DNA of 64,000 nt from positions 22,970-86,969 of the forward strand of contig JBKBRF010000031.1 of the NCBI GenBank assembly GCA_046292385.1, in the 5' to 3' direction. Positions within the stretch are counted from its first letter, which is position 1. Every line of letters begins with the position of its first letter. The position numbers and the translations under genes were made by a program. Below, piece by piece: positions 9,633-19,455 of the stretch. The DNA comes from Armatimonadota bacterium (GTDB lineage: Bacteria; Armatimonadota; SYMT01). Under the pieces are notes generated by a model. The model did not search any database. It worked only from the letters and a program-made list of their open reading frames with translations, and was not told the DNA's origin.

Positions 9633-10763
9633 TCAGGCCCTGGTCCGGCGGACCGCCTCTTCCAGGTGCTCTTCCATCTGGCTGACGATCGCGTCCCAGG
9701 TCTTCTCCTGGGCCTTCTCCAGCCCGCGGCGGGCGCGGTCGCTGTTGTCCTCTGCCAGCGCGGCGCGGACTGCCTGCACGTACTCCTGCGGGGTGCGGGC
9801 GATGCGGACGATATCGGCGTAGTTCTCCACCACGTCCTTGACGGGGGAGCTCACGACCGGCTTGAGGCCCGCGAAGTACTCCAGCGTCTTGGTGGGGCTC
9901 AGGAAGCGGGTCGCCTCGTTGTCCGCGAACGGGACCAGCGCCACGTCGAACGACTTCAGGTAGCCGGGGAGCTGCGCGTAGGTGCGCTGCCCGACGTAGT
10001 GGATGTTGTCCGCTTTCGGAAGCTCGGCCGGGTCGACCTTGGTGACCGGCCCCACCAGCACGATGGAGCCCTCCGGGAACGCTTCCGAGAGGGCGCGGAT
10101 CGCGTCGTAGTCCATCCGCTCGTCGATCACGCCGTAGTAGCCGATGACCGGGTGCGGGAGGTTGCGGACGTCTTCCGGGATCTCGGTCTCTTCCTGCGTC
10201 GCCTGCTGGAAGTGGCTCACGTCGACGCCCGAGTCGAAGCGGTGGCAGTTGCCGTGGTGCTGGCGCTTGTTGAGCCACATGCTGAGCCCGCCGGTGAACA
10301 TCACGTCGGCCTGCCCCATCAGCTGCCGCTCGCATTCCACCAGGGCCGGCGGCGCGCCCCGGAACGCGGAGAGCTCGTCCATGCAGTCGTAGACGACGGT
10401 GTGACTGTCGCTCAGGTCGGCGAGGTAGATCGCCATCGGGGCGTAGTGCCAGCGGATGCCGCCGCCGAAGCCGCGGTCCCGGATGATGGGCGCCACCAGG
10501 TCGCGGATGAGCTGCTGGTTCGTCGCGGAGACCTGCGGCAGGTGCTCCTCCTGGTGCGGCACCCACGGCTGGACGATCGTGATCCCGTCCTGCTCGCGCA
10601 CGTCCACGCGCGGCGTCTCGCCCGGCTGCAGGTGGGGGAACGGCTCCTCGATGAAGAGGATGCGGCGCCGGGCGGCCATCCGCGAGAGGATCTGCTGCGG
10701 GCGCTGCCAGACTCCGTCCCACCGGAGGTGGCAGTGGACGACCATCGGATCGGTTTCAGTCAA
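9633..10763 (-). CDS. Glycosyltransferase, GT-B fold (GT4-like)
   Basis: HLRWDGVWQRPQQ, YDCMDELSAF, SPTKTLEY; TTG start at 10763 preceded by AAGGAG. Confidence 0.85.
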   Translation of the reverse strand: MTETDPMVVHCHLRWDGVWQRPQQILSRMAARRRILFIEEPFPHLQPGETPRVDVREQDGITIVQPWVPHQEEHLPQVSATNQQLIRDLVAPIIRDRGFGGGIRWHYAPMAIYLADLSDSHTVVYDCMDELSAFRGAPPALVECERQLMGQADVMFTGGLSMWLNKRQHHGNCHRFDSGVDVSHFQQATQEETEIPEDVRNLPHPVIGYYGVIDERMDYDAIRALSEAFPEGSIVLVGPVTKVDPAELPKADNIHYVGQRTYAQLPGYLKSFDVALVPFADNEATRFLSPTKTLEYFAGLKPVVSSPVKDVVENYADIVRIARTPQEYVQAVRAALAEDNSDRARRGLEKAQEKTWDAIVSQMEEHLEEAVRRTRA

Positions 10764-10982
10764 CGTCTTACTCCTTGATTCACTGAATTCACGGCACGCC
10801 AAAGGGGGGCCCGCCCCACTCCGGCAGGCGCGGAGACGCACCTCCGGCGGCGGTAGGGTGAGCGGGCGCAGGTCCGTTCTACCCACCTCAAGGCTTGCTC
10901 CCAAACCAGTCGGACTATCCGCCCTCCGCTTGCGCTCGCTATCTGGGCGATGTAGTATGGGCCTCCCCTGCGAGGAACACCC

Positions 10983-12461
10983 GTGAGCGACTCCGCGTTC
11001 CGAAAAGTCCCCTCTCTACGCGACGCCCGGGCGTTCCGCGAGCACGCAGCATCGCTCGGACTCGAGCTCCCGTGTGACGACGAGATCCTGCCGGCGCCGG
11101 CCTCGCCGCTCGCTTCCCCGCTGCGGTGCGGATCCCTCACGATCGGCAACCGCTGGTGCATCCAGCCGATGGAGGGCTGGGACGGCACGACGGATGGACG
11201 CCCGAGCGAGCTCACGATCCGCCGCTGGCGGCGCTTCGGGGAGAGCGGGGCGAAGCTGATCTGGGGCGGGGAGGCGGTCGCCGTAGTGCCGGAAGGCCGA
11301 GCGAACCCGAACCAGCTCCTGATCCACGAGTCGACGGTGGACGACCTCGCCGGGCTGCGCCGCACCCTGGTCCAGGCGCACCAGGAGACGAGCGGCGACA
11401 CGAGCGACCTGGTAGTCGGCCTGCAGCTCACCCACTCCGGGCGCTTCTGCCGGCCGAACCGGAAGGACCGGCCGGAGCCGCGCATCCTCTTCCGTCACCC
11501 GCTGCTCGATCGGCGGCTCGGCCTCGGAGACGACTACCCGGTCCTGACCGACGCCGAGATCGAGGAGCTCATTCGGGCTTACGTCCGCGCCGCGGTGCTG
11601 GCACGGCAGGCGGGCTTCCAGTTCGTCGACCTCAAGCACTGTCACGGCTACCTGGGCCACGAGCTCCTCGGCGCCCACACCCGGCCGGGGCCGTATGGCG
11701 GCTCGTTCGAGAACCGGACCCGCTTCCTGCGCGAAATCGTGGCCGGTATCCGCGAGGAGGCGTCGGAGCTGGAGCTCGGGGTGCGGCTCTCCGCTTTCGA
11801 CTTCGTCCCGTTCCGCCCCGATCCGGAGCGGACGCAGCCCGGCCGCATGGGTCCCGGCATCCCCGAAGCGTACGACGAGGCGCTCCCCTATCGCTACGGC
11901 TTCGGCGTCGACGCGGAGACGCCGGTGCAGCCCGATCTGACGGAGACGGTCCGCTTCCTCGCGCTGCTGCGCGACCTCGGCATCCGCCTGGTGAACCTGA
12001 CGGCGGGAAGCCCGTACTACAACCCGCACATTCAGCGGCCCGCCATCTACCCGCCCTCCGATGGTTACCAGCCGCCGGAAGACCCGCTGGTTGGCTGCGC
12101 CCGCCAGATCGGCGTAGTGCGGGATCTGAAGCGCCGGTTCCCCGAGCTGCTGCTGGTCGGCACCGCCTACACCTACCTGCAAGAGTTCCTGCCGCACGTG
12201 GCGCAGGCGGTGGTGCGAGAGGGCTGGGTCGACGCGGTCGGCCTGGGGCGGATGGTCCTCTCCTATCCGGAGCTGCCCCGGGACACGCTCACCCGCGGCG
12301 AGATGCAGTCGAAGCTGATCTGCCGCACCTTCAGCGACTGCACCACCGCCCCGAGGAACGGCATGGTCTCCGGCTGCTACCCGCTCGACCCGTTCTATAA
12401 GGAGAGCCCCCTGCGCCGCGAGCTGCAGCAGATCAAGCAGGGAAAAAACGTTTCGGGGTGA
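10983..12461 (+). CDS. NADH:flavin oxidoreductase (Old Yellow Enzyme family)
   Basis: [48 protein letters not shown]-terminal CRTFSDC..GC. Confidence 0.88.
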   Translation: MSDSAFRKVPSLRDARAFREHAASLGLELPCDDEILPAPASPLASPLRCGSLTIGNRWCIQPMEGWDGTTDGRPSELTIRRWRRFGESGAKLIWGGEAVAVVPEGRANPNQLLIHESTVDDLAGLRRTLVQAHQETSGDTSDLVVGLQLTHSGRFCRPNRKDRPEPRILFRHPLLDRRLGLGDDYPVLTDAEIEELIRAYVRAAVLARQAGFQFVDLKHCHGYLGHELLGAHTRPGPYGGSFENRTRFLREIVAGIREEASELELGVRLSAFDFVPFRPDPERTQPGRMGPGIPEAYDEALPYRYGFGVDAETPVQPDLTETVRFLALLRDLGIRLVNLTAGSPYYNPHIQRPAIYPPSDGYQPPEDPLVGCARQIGVVRDLKRRFPELLLVGTAYTYLQEFLPHVAQAVVREGWVDAVGLGRMVLSYPELPRDTLTRGEMQSKLICRTFSDCTTAPRNGMVSGCYPLDPFYKESPLRRELQQIKQGKNVSG

Positions 12462-12527
12462 GTGGGAGACGTTCGTAGACGGAGGGACGGAGCCGCCACC
12501 CTTTCCGGGGGTGTGCCGGAGCCCGGG

Positions 12528-12599
12528 GGTCGCCAGCGAGCAAGAGCAAGAGTAGGACCTCCCGTGCACGGAGGGTTCGGCTTTAGCCTTTTGCCTTTA
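12528..12599. repeat. Dispersed intergenic repeat family B, copy 1
   Basis: GGTCGCCAGCGAGCA(A/G)GAGCAAGAG...AGGACCTCCCGTGC.CGGAGGGTTC..CTTTAGCCTT.TGCCTTTA also at 40353-40444; partial inverted copy at 50011-50046. Confidence 0.85.
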
Positions 12600-12728
12600 A
12601 GGGTCCCTCATCGTTCATCCCTAGAAGTCCGCCCCGAAGCCGACTCCAGATTCGCCCGCCGCCGCCTGACATGAGAGTCGGGCGGTCCCGCCCGTCCAGT
12701 CCCGTCCCGATCCCGAGGAGTACCCCCG

Positions 12729-14138
12729 ATGACGATGAGCTTGCTGAGCGACCACTTACCGCCCCAGTCTCTTGACGCGGAGCAAGCCACCCTCGGCGCG
12801 GCGCTGATCAGCCGGAACGCGGTGGAGCGGGCGCTGGAGATGCTGGAGCGGGAGGACTTCTACCTCGAGGCGCACCGCAAGATCTTCGACGTGATCGCCT
12901 ACCTCTCCGAGCGGGACGATCCGGTCGACGAAGTGACCGTCACCGAGGAGCTGCGGCGCCGGGACCAGCTGGAGCAGATCGGCGGCATCGCCTACATCAA
13001 CCGGCTGCAGGAATCGGTGCCCACCGCCGCCCACGTGGAGTACTACGCGCGGACGGTGGGGCAGAAGTCGACCCTCCGCAAGCTGATCGACGCCTCCAAC
13101 GAGATCATCGGGAAGGCGCACGACCAGGAGGAAGAGGTCGACCACATTGTCGACCACGCGGAGCGGCTCATCTTCGCCGTCGCCCAGCGCCGGGTGAACC
13201 AGGGCTTCACGCACATCCGCCCGGTGGTGTTCGAGACGCTGGAGCACCTGGAGACGGTCCGCGCCAACGACAGCCGGATCACCGGCATCCCGACCGGCTT
13301 CACTCCGCTGGACCAGATGACCTCCGGCCTGCAGCGCGGCGACCTGGTGATCGTGGCGGGACGCCCCTCGATGGGTAAGACCTCTCTCGCGCTCGCCTTC
13401 GGGTTGAACGCCGCCTCGCTCGCCGACACGCCGGTCGCCGTCTTCAGCCTCGAAATGTCGAAGGAGCAGCTCGCGCACCGCCTGATCTGCTCCGAGGGGA
13501 AGGTCGACGGCATGCGGCTCAAGACCGGCTTCCTCCGCACCAGCGTGGACGACGACGAGAGCGACTACATCCGCCTGGGCCGCGCCTGCGGCCGCCTGGG
13601 CGACCTGCCGATCTACATCGACGACGCCTCCGACATCTCGGTGCTCGACATGCGCGCCAAGTGCCGCCGCCTGAAGAGCGAGCACGGCCTGGGGATGGTG
13701 CTGGTCGATTACCTGCAGCTCATCCGCGGCCACGGCAAGCCGGAGAACCGCAACCAGGAGATCTCGGTGATCGCCCGCTCCCTCAAGAGTATGGCGCGCG
13801 AGCTCGACGTGCCGGTGGTAGCACTCTCCCAGCTCTCCCGAGGCGTGGAGCGCCGCGAGGACAAGCGCCCGATGCTCTCCGACCTCCGGGAGTCCGGCTC
13901 GATCGAGGCAGAAGCCGATATCGTGATGATGCTCTACCGCTCCCGCTACTACAACCGCGGCGAGGACGGCGACGGCATGGCGGAGCCGCCCCCCGGCCAG
14001 GAGTGGCTGGAGGAGACGGAGCTGATCGTCGCCAAGCACCGAAACGGCCCCGTCGGCACCGTCCGCCTCGGCTTCCTGCGCCGCTACGCCCGCTTCGAGG
14101 ACCTGGCGATGGAGGGCTACGAGCCGCTCGACAACTGA
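12729..14138 (+). CDS. dnaB: Replicative DNA helicase DnaB
   Basis: PPQSLDAEQATLG, Walker A GRPSMGKT, FSLEM, VDYLQL, LSQLSR, LSDLRESGSIE, AKHRNGP; no intein. Confidence 0.97.
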   Translation: MTMSLLSDHLPPQSLDAEQATLGAALISRNAVERALEMLEREDFYLEAHRKIFDVIAYLSERDDPVDEVTVTEELRRRDQLEQIGGIAYINRLQESVPTAAHVEYYARTVGQKSTLRKLIDASNEIIGKAHDQEEEVDHIVDHAERLIFAVAQRRVNQGFTHIRPVVFETLEHLETVRANDSRITGIPTGFTPLDQMTSGLQRGDLVIVAGRPSMGKTSLALAFGLNAASLADTPVAVFSLEMSKEQLAHRLICSEGKVDGMRLKTGFLRTSVDDDESDYIRLGRACGRLGDLPIYIDDASDISVLDMRAKCRRLKSEHGLGMVLVDYLQLIRGHGKPENRNQEISVIARSLKSMARELDVPVVALSQLSRGVERREDKRPMLSDLRESGSIEAEADIVMMLYRSRYYNRGEDGDGMAEPPPGQEWLEETELIVAKHRNGPVGTVRLGFLRRYARFEDLAMEGYEPLDN

Positions 14139-14257
14139 GACGGAGAGACAGAGGGAAGGGGAGACGGCGAGAGCTACCACCGGATGGCGGGGTGGCCCCG
14201 CGCCGAAGGGCGGTTAGGATCCCCTCTGTCCCTCTGCCTCTCCGTCTCTCTATCTCC
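14137..14257. repeat. 8-nt-period imperfect inverted repeat after dnaB (REP-like or terminator)
   Basis: GAGACGGAGAGACAGAGGGA arm against TCCCTCTGCCTCTCCGTCTC arm. Confidence 0.6.
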
Positions 14258-14523
14258 GAGGGTCTCTGTCGCGATTCCCGGGAATCGCATGCCGGCCCCT
14301 ACATCTCCCGGGGCTCCACGCCTGCGGCGGCTCTCTTAGCGCCGCCTTAACACGATCTTTTTCGCACCGGTCGCTCCGGAACGGAATCCGGTGCAGTAAC
14401 CGAGCCCGGATCGGTCAAAAACAGACCGGGCTCGGACCCCCGCTCGCTTGCTCGCTGAATGAACTGCCCCTTCCATAGGCCGTCCCGGCTCCGCTCTCTC
14501 TACCCGCCGGGACCGCTCTCCCC

Positions 14524-14830
14524 CGTCTCGCCTGACACTCCCCCGCCGCTCGTCTCGATTGACATGCCGGAATCGTGGCTCAGTGGGCCTGCGCCGCGCA
14601 CTCGTCTCGATTCACACACGAATCCAGACTCCGACTCCCGATTCCGCGGAATCCGGGGTGTCAGCCGGGACGAGGAGGGCCGGACCGGGGGCCGGGATGT
14701 CAATCGAGACGGGGGGTATGGCAGCCGGGACGAAGCCGGATGTCAGGCGAGGCGGGCCGGCGTGTCAGGTGAGACGAGAATCCTGAATCGCCGGTGTCAC
14801 CCGGAACGGGCGCCGATGTCAGGCGGGACG
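14524..14830. repeat. Iteron-like array (putative plasmid-type replication origin)
   Basis: 14-bp consensus TGTCAGnCGRGACG: reverse copies at 14524, 14551, 14603; forward copies at 14659, 14698, 14719, 14741, 14763, 14795, 14817. Confidence 0.8.
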
Positions 14831-14975
14831 GCTCGACCCCACGGATTCATTGATTCCCAGGCACGAAAATCGCTCCGGCGCCTCCCCTGGAAAGAAGCTG
14901 AGAACAGTGACTGCTTTGGAACCACAGAGAACGTCTGCGCGGCGCGCAGCGAAAACGGCGGCAGAGGTTGTAGCA

Positions 14976-16319
14976 ATGGACTTTGAGGACGATCCAATCC
15001 CTGCGGCTCCCGGTCCCCGGATCGGGCGCGATGAGCTGAACCTGGCGGAGTTCCCGTTCGCGCTGCTGGCGACGCGGCCCGGCAAGTCGCAGGAACAGCG
15101 GCTGGTCTTCCAGGATGGCGCCAAGGAGTGGGTGGTCGAGGGCAGCAGCACCTACGGTCTGCCGAACGCGGTCGACGTGCAGGTCTACGTAGTGCTGATG
15201 GAGATCACCAAGGAGCAGGGCTTTCCGGCGGGGGTCTACTTCAATCGCAGCAACATCGTGAAGCGCCTCGGCTGGGTCCACAGCGGCGCCTCCTACGAGC
15301 GGCTGATCCTTTCCCTGGATCGCCTGGTCGGCGTCACGATCCGCACCAAGAACGCTTTCTACGACGCCCGGCAGCGGCGGTGGACCACCCAGGAGGCGTT
15401 CCACATCCTGGAGAGCTACAAGATCGCCGACCTCTCCCAGCCGAACGCGCACCAGACCTCCCTCTTCCCGAGCTGGATCCGGTGGAGCCAGGAGCTGTAC
15501 GCCAACATGCAGGCGGGCTACATCAAGTCGCTCGACGTCGACCTCTTCCTCTCGCTCCGCAGCTCCATCTCGCAGGCGCTCTACCGCTACCTCGACGCCA
15601 AGCGGTACGACGGCAAGCCGTGCTACCGGATCGGGCTGAAGAAGCTCGCGTTCGAGCACCTGGGGATGTCGCGCAGCTACTACGCCTCCGACATCAAGCG
15701 GAAGCTGCGGCCCGCGCACGAAGAGCTGATCGAGTGCGGCTTCCTCGCCGGGGCGGAGTACGCGCCGATGAAGAGCGGCGAGGAGATGGTCGTCTTCCAG
15801 TTCCCCACCCGCGCCGCCCGAGAGGCCGCGAAGCCGCTCCCCGAAACGGAAGATCCGCTGCTGGCGCGGCTGCAGGAAGCGGGGGTCTCCCGCGTCACGG
15901 CGGCGAGCCTGCTGGGGACAAGCGCGGAGGAGTGCGCGCGCCAGCTCGACTTCCTCCCCTACCGGGACGCCCGGGATCCCGGCGCCGTGCTGGTGAAATC
16001 GATCCGAGAGGCGTGGGCGGCCCCGCCGGGATGGCTGCAGGCGCAGGAGCGCCGCCGGGCGGAAGAAGAGGAGCGCCGGCGCCGGACCGAGGCGGTGGAG
16101 CGCCAGGTGAAGCAGTCGGCCGCCGAAGCGGAGTTCGAGGCGTTCTGGGCCGCCCTGCCCGTCGAGCGGCGCGAGGAGCTGGAAGCGGCCGCGATGCGCG
16201 AGCTGCGGCGCGAGAACCGCGTGGTCGCCGAGTTCGCGACGAAGCACCCGGACAGCCCCGTCTATCGCGGCGCCGTGCGCCCCCTGTTGAAGAAGCTCTC
16301 CGGCTGGAAGGCGTCTTGA
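14976..16319 (+). CDS. Plasmid-type replication initiator protein (RepA / replication initiator protein A-like)
   Basis: GRDELNLAEFPFAL N-terminal motif, GLP..D..VY, SISQALYRYLD and winged-helix-like segments recalled from the replication initiator protein A family; ATG 14976 with GAGGT upstream (ORF open from 14850). Confidence 0.8.
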   Translation: MDFEDDPIPAAPGPRIGRDELNLAEFPFALLATRPGKSQEQRLVFQDGAKEWVVEGSSTYGLPNAVDVQVYVVLMEITKEQGFPAGVYFNRSNIVKRLGWVHSGASYERLILSLDRLVGVTIRTKNAFYDARQRRWTTQEAFHILESYKIADLSQPNAHQTSLFPSWIRWSQELYANMQAGYIKSLDVDLFLSLRSSISQALYRYLDAKRYDGKPCYRIGLKKLAFEHLGMSRSYYASDIKRKLRPAHEELIECGFLAGAEYAPMKSGEEMVVFQFPTRAAREAAKPLPETEDPLLARLQEAGVSRVTAASLLGTSAEECARQLDFLPYRDARDPGAVLVKSIREAWAAPPGWLQAQERRRAEEEERRRRTEAVERQVKQSAAEAEFEAFWAALPVERREELEAAAMRELRRENRVVAEFATKHPDSPVYRGAVRPLLKKLSGWKAS

Positions 16320-16342
16320 TCCTATGCCGGTAGGATAGAGGC

Positions 16343-16711
16343 ATGAGCGAGGAGGAGTTCGAAGAGCTGGTGATGGAGGCGCTGGAGGGGCTGCCGCGGC
16401 AGTTCAAGCGCTACATGCAGAACGTCCAGGTGGTGGTCCAGCCCTACCCCACGCGAGAGCAGCTTCGGGCGGTGCGGGCGGCGTCCGGACACACGCTGCT
16501 CGGGCTTTACCACGGGGTGCCGCTGACCCAGCGCAGCACCACCACGCCGCCGTTGATGCCGGACGTGATCACGCTTTTCCGCGAGCCGCTGCTGCGCTTC
16601 TGCGCGACCCCGGAAGAGCTGCGAGAGCAGGTGCGGCACACCGTAATCCACGAGATCGCCCACTTCTTCGGGATCAGCGACGACCGCCTTCGCGAGCTCG
16701 GCGCGTACTGA
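16343..16711 (+). CDS. Zincin-like metallopeptidase (minimal zincin family)
   Basis: LLGLYHGVPL, PDVITLFR, HEIAHFFG (HExxH). Confidence 0.88.
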   Translation: MSEEEFEELVMEALEGLPRQFKRYMQNVQVVVQPYPTREQLRAVRAASGHTLLGLYHGVPLTQRSTTTPPLMPDVITLFREPLLRFCATPEELREQVRHTVIHEIAHFFGISDDRLRELGAY

Positions 16712-16773
16712 TCGGTGTGACTGCCGCGGCGCCGGGGAAGCTTAGTCCCGTGGATGGCTGGAGGACCACGCGG

Positions 16774-17211
16774 ATGGCGGTGGTGACCTGTGAAGCGTGC
16801 GGAGCGAAGAACCGGGTCGACCCGGAGCGGGCGGCGGCGGCGCAGCCTACCTGCGGCCGGTGCGGGACGGAGCTGCGGAGGGCGGAGGGGCCGGTGACGG
16901 TGACCGACGCGACCTTCGACCGGATCATACGCGGCGGTGGGTCGCGGCCGGTGCTGCTCGACTGCTGGGCGCCGTGGTGCGGTCCCTGCCGCATGCTGGC
17001 GCCGGAGCTGGACCGGCTGGCGGCGCAGTCCGGGGGCCGCTTCGTGGTGGCCAAGCTGAACGTGGACGAGAACCCGCGGACGGCGGAGGCGCTGCAGGTG
17101 CGGAGCATCCCGGCGCTCTTCATCTTCAAGCACGGCAGCGTGGTGGAGCAGCTCACCGGCGCGCAGCCGGCCTCTGCGCTCGCCGCGAAGCTCCAGGCCC
17201 ATCTCGATTGA
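16774..17211 (+). CDS. trxC: Thioredoxin 2 with N-terminal zinc ribbon
   Basis: CEAC...CGRC zinc site and WAPWCGPC active site. Confidence 0.88.
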   Translation: MAVVTCEACGAKNRVDPERAAAAQPTCGRCGTELRRAEGPVTVTDATFDRIIRGGGSRPVLLDCWAPWCGPCRMLAPELDRLAAQSGGRFVVAKLNVDENPRTAEALQVRSIPALFIFKHGSVVEQLTGAQPASALAAKLQAHLD

Positions 17212-17229
17212 CGAGGACGCACCAGGAAC

Positions 17230-17265
17230 GCCGAAGGGCCGCCCCGTGAGAGGCGGCCCTTCGGC
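17230..17265. terminator. Hairpin between convergent genes
   Basis: GCCGAAGGGCCGCC-loop-GGCGGCCCTTCGGC, perfect 14-bp stem. Confidence 0.65.
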
Positions 17266-17289
17266 TGGGAAACCGGTGTGTCGAAGCGA

Positions 17290-17757
17290 CTAGTGGCCTT
17301 CGCCCGGCGGGTGATTGTGGCCCTCGTGGCCCGTCTCGCCCCCGGTCGCCGCGCCTGCGCCGCCGAGCGTGCGGATGTGCGCGATGACTGCGGTGATCTC
17401 CTCCTCCGAGAGCTGATCCTTGAAGGCCGGCATCTTCTTGTCTTCGGAGCCGTTCTCGATGATCTCCCGGAGCTTGTCCTCACCCGTGGTGGCGGTATGG
17501 GTCAGCTCCGGACCGGAGCCTTCCACACCCGAGCCCGCCTCTCCGTGGCAGCCCTGGCAGGCGCGGGCGTAGACTACAGCGCCATCCGCGGCGCCCGCTT
17601 CCGCGCCGTTGGTGCCGGCCGAGTTCATGCCGGCCTCGTTGCCGCCGGCAGGTCCGCCAGGAGTGGAGTCTCCTTCGGGCGGGTTGTTGCACCCCGCCGC
17701 TACCGACAGCGCAACCAGCGCTCCGGCAAGCAGGGTCCATCTCGTTGTGCTCTTCAC
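17290..17757 (-). CDS. Monoheme cytochrome c lipoprotein
   Basis: Signal peptide with VAAGC lipobox, CQGCH heme motif, distal MPAF, His-rich tail; GTG start after AAGGA. Confidence 0.85.
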   Translation of the reverse strand: MKSTTRWTLLAGALVALSVAAGCNNPPEGDSTPGGPAGGNEAGMNSAGTNGAEAGAADGAVVYARACQGCHGEAGSGVEGSGPELTHTATTGEDKLREIIENGSEDKKMPAFKDQLSEEEITAVIAHIRTLGGAGAATGGETGHEGHNHPPGEGH

Positions 17758-17924
17758 TGGTGGGTCCTTTCCAATTCGCTTCCTGCCGGGCTGGCAGGGG
17801 CGCCGCTGGGCGCCGGGCGAGCAGCCGATGATCCAACAAGAAAACGGGAAGGGGGTGGATTCGGGTTCCCCTTCCCGAGTGATCCTACCACCCCTCGCCT
17901 GCTCCCTAACCGTAGACTCCGGCG

Positions 17925-19103
17925 TTACGCTGCCCTGGCTGCCTCGCCGGCTTCCGTCTCTGGCAGCTCCGCGCCCGTTCCGCGGGCCGTCTCCTGGATT
18001 GCGAAGGCGATGGTGTCGAGCAGCTCGTTCCGGCGCCAGAAGACCTCCCGCTGCCGCATCGCTCCGTTGCCATGCTTCAGGGTGCGGCGCACCAGGCCGG
18101 AAACCTGCTCCCAATCCCCCTCCGCCTCCAGGCCGGGCCGCACCCGCTCCAGCAGCTGCTCGACCAGGTCGACCGCCAGCACGCGCCGGCAGTGCTCCAC
18201 GTCGAACAGCTCGCTGGTGAGCCCATAACGGGCCGCCATCCACATGGAGGCCTTCAACAGCTCGGGGCGAGCCTTCCGGTACGGCGCTCCCGCGCGGGCC
18301 TCCTCCAGGCAGACACGGGTGAGGCCGCGGATCAGTCCCGCGATCATCACGGCGTCGTCCACGCCGAGGCAGACGTCGGTGACGCGGAACTCGACGGTTG
18401 GCAGCCGCGCCGGCAGCCGGATGTCCCAGTAGATCTTGCTCGGATCGTCGATCACCCTGGTGGCGACCAGCCCCTCGATCAGGGACTCGTAGTCTTCCCG
18501 GTCCTCGAACGGCTGCGGCGGACCGGAGAGCGGCCACTGGCCCCAGAGCTCCGTCCGGAAGCTGGCGTAGCCGGTGTCCTCTCCCCGGTAGAACGGGGAG
18601 TTGGCGGAGAGCGCCAGCAGCGGCGCCAGCCAGAGACGGGCGCGGTTGAGCACCTCGATCCCGAGGCCGGGATCCGGCAGTCCCACGTGGACGTGGCAGC
18701 CGAAGATGATGAGGTCCCGGGCCAGGTGCTGGTAATCCGCCGCCAGCTTCTGATAGCGCTCGCGCGGCGTGATCATCTGGTGCTCCGGGCGGGAAAACGG
18801 ATGGGTGCCCGCCGCGATGATCCGGGTACCGTCCCGTCCCGCCGCCTCGATGAGGCCGCGCCGGTGGCGCGCCACCTCCGCCCGCACGTCGTCCAGCGTC
18901 TCGCAGACCGGCGTGGCAGACTCCACCTGGGAGAGGTGCAGCTCGGTTGTTACCTGCTCCCCCAGCTCCCGCCGCGCGTCCCGCAGCACGCGGCTGGCCC
19001 GGCTCCGGAGCTCTCCCGTCTCCGGGTCTACGATCTGGTACTCCTCCTCCACCCCCAGCGTCAGCCGCCCCGGCAGCTCCCTCTCCTCCGCGTCTCCTGC
19101 CAT
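17925..19103 (-). CDS. Carboxylate-amine ligase YbdK/GCS2 family (putative glutamate-cysteine ligase 2)
   Basis: TLGVEEEYQIVD, AGTHPF, FGCHVHVG, LSANSPF, YWDIR, TVEFRVTD. Confidence 0.9.
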   Translation of the reverse strand: MAGDAEERELPGRLTLGVEEEYQIVDPETGELRSRASRVLRDARRELGEQVTTELHLSQVESATPVCETLDDVRAEVARHRRGLIEAAGRDGTRIIAAGTHPFSRPEHQMITPRERYQKLAADYQHLARDLIIFGCHVHVGLPDPGLGIEVLNRARLWLAPLLALSANSPFYRGEDTGYASFRTELWGQWPLSGPPQPFEDREDYESLIEGLVATRVIDDPSKIYWDIRLPARLPTVEFRVTDVCLGVDDAVMIAGLIRGLTRVCLEEARAGAPYRKARPELLKASMWMAARYGLTSELFDVEHCRRVLAVDLVEQLLERVRPGLEAEGDWEQVSGLVRRTLKHGNGAMRQREVFWRRNELLDTIAFAIQETARGTGAELPETEAGEAARAA

Positions 19104-19455
19104 CTCTGTGTTCCGTGCTCCTCTTCCGGTTCGTATGGCCACGGTCGCGCCGCGCCCGTGGCATCCGGAATGTTCCCAGAGACTGCCTGCCTTACGCGTT
19201 CCCATGCAAAGCCCCTCGGGAGACGGGTGCCCGCCCCGTTGGCGGGAGGAGATCGGGGCTCGTTCGGGAACTGATAGGGCGGCTCAGTTCGGAACTCTCT
19301 TGGAAGAGCTTCCGTTAGAAAGAGTGCATGTGGCGTCCACATGCGCACCTACTCTCTCCGCAGGCGGAAACGCACGCGGAGACCTCCCGGCCCCCGTGCC
19401 GCGGACCGCCCCGAGGACCACGCAGTTGCAGAGCAAATACGGTGGAGCAATCAGC

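Noticed and set aside
12729..14138. Intein in DnaB
   Set aside because: Protein is normal length (469 aa) with only a short acidic insertion
14524..14830. CRISPR array interpretation of the 14-bp repeats
   Set aside because: Repeats are short, degenerate and in both orientations, spacers are mostly 7-8 bp, and no cas genes are present
14140..14975. DnaA-box oriC
   Set aside because: No TTATCCACA-type boxes found by eye and no strongly AT-rich unwinding element is evident
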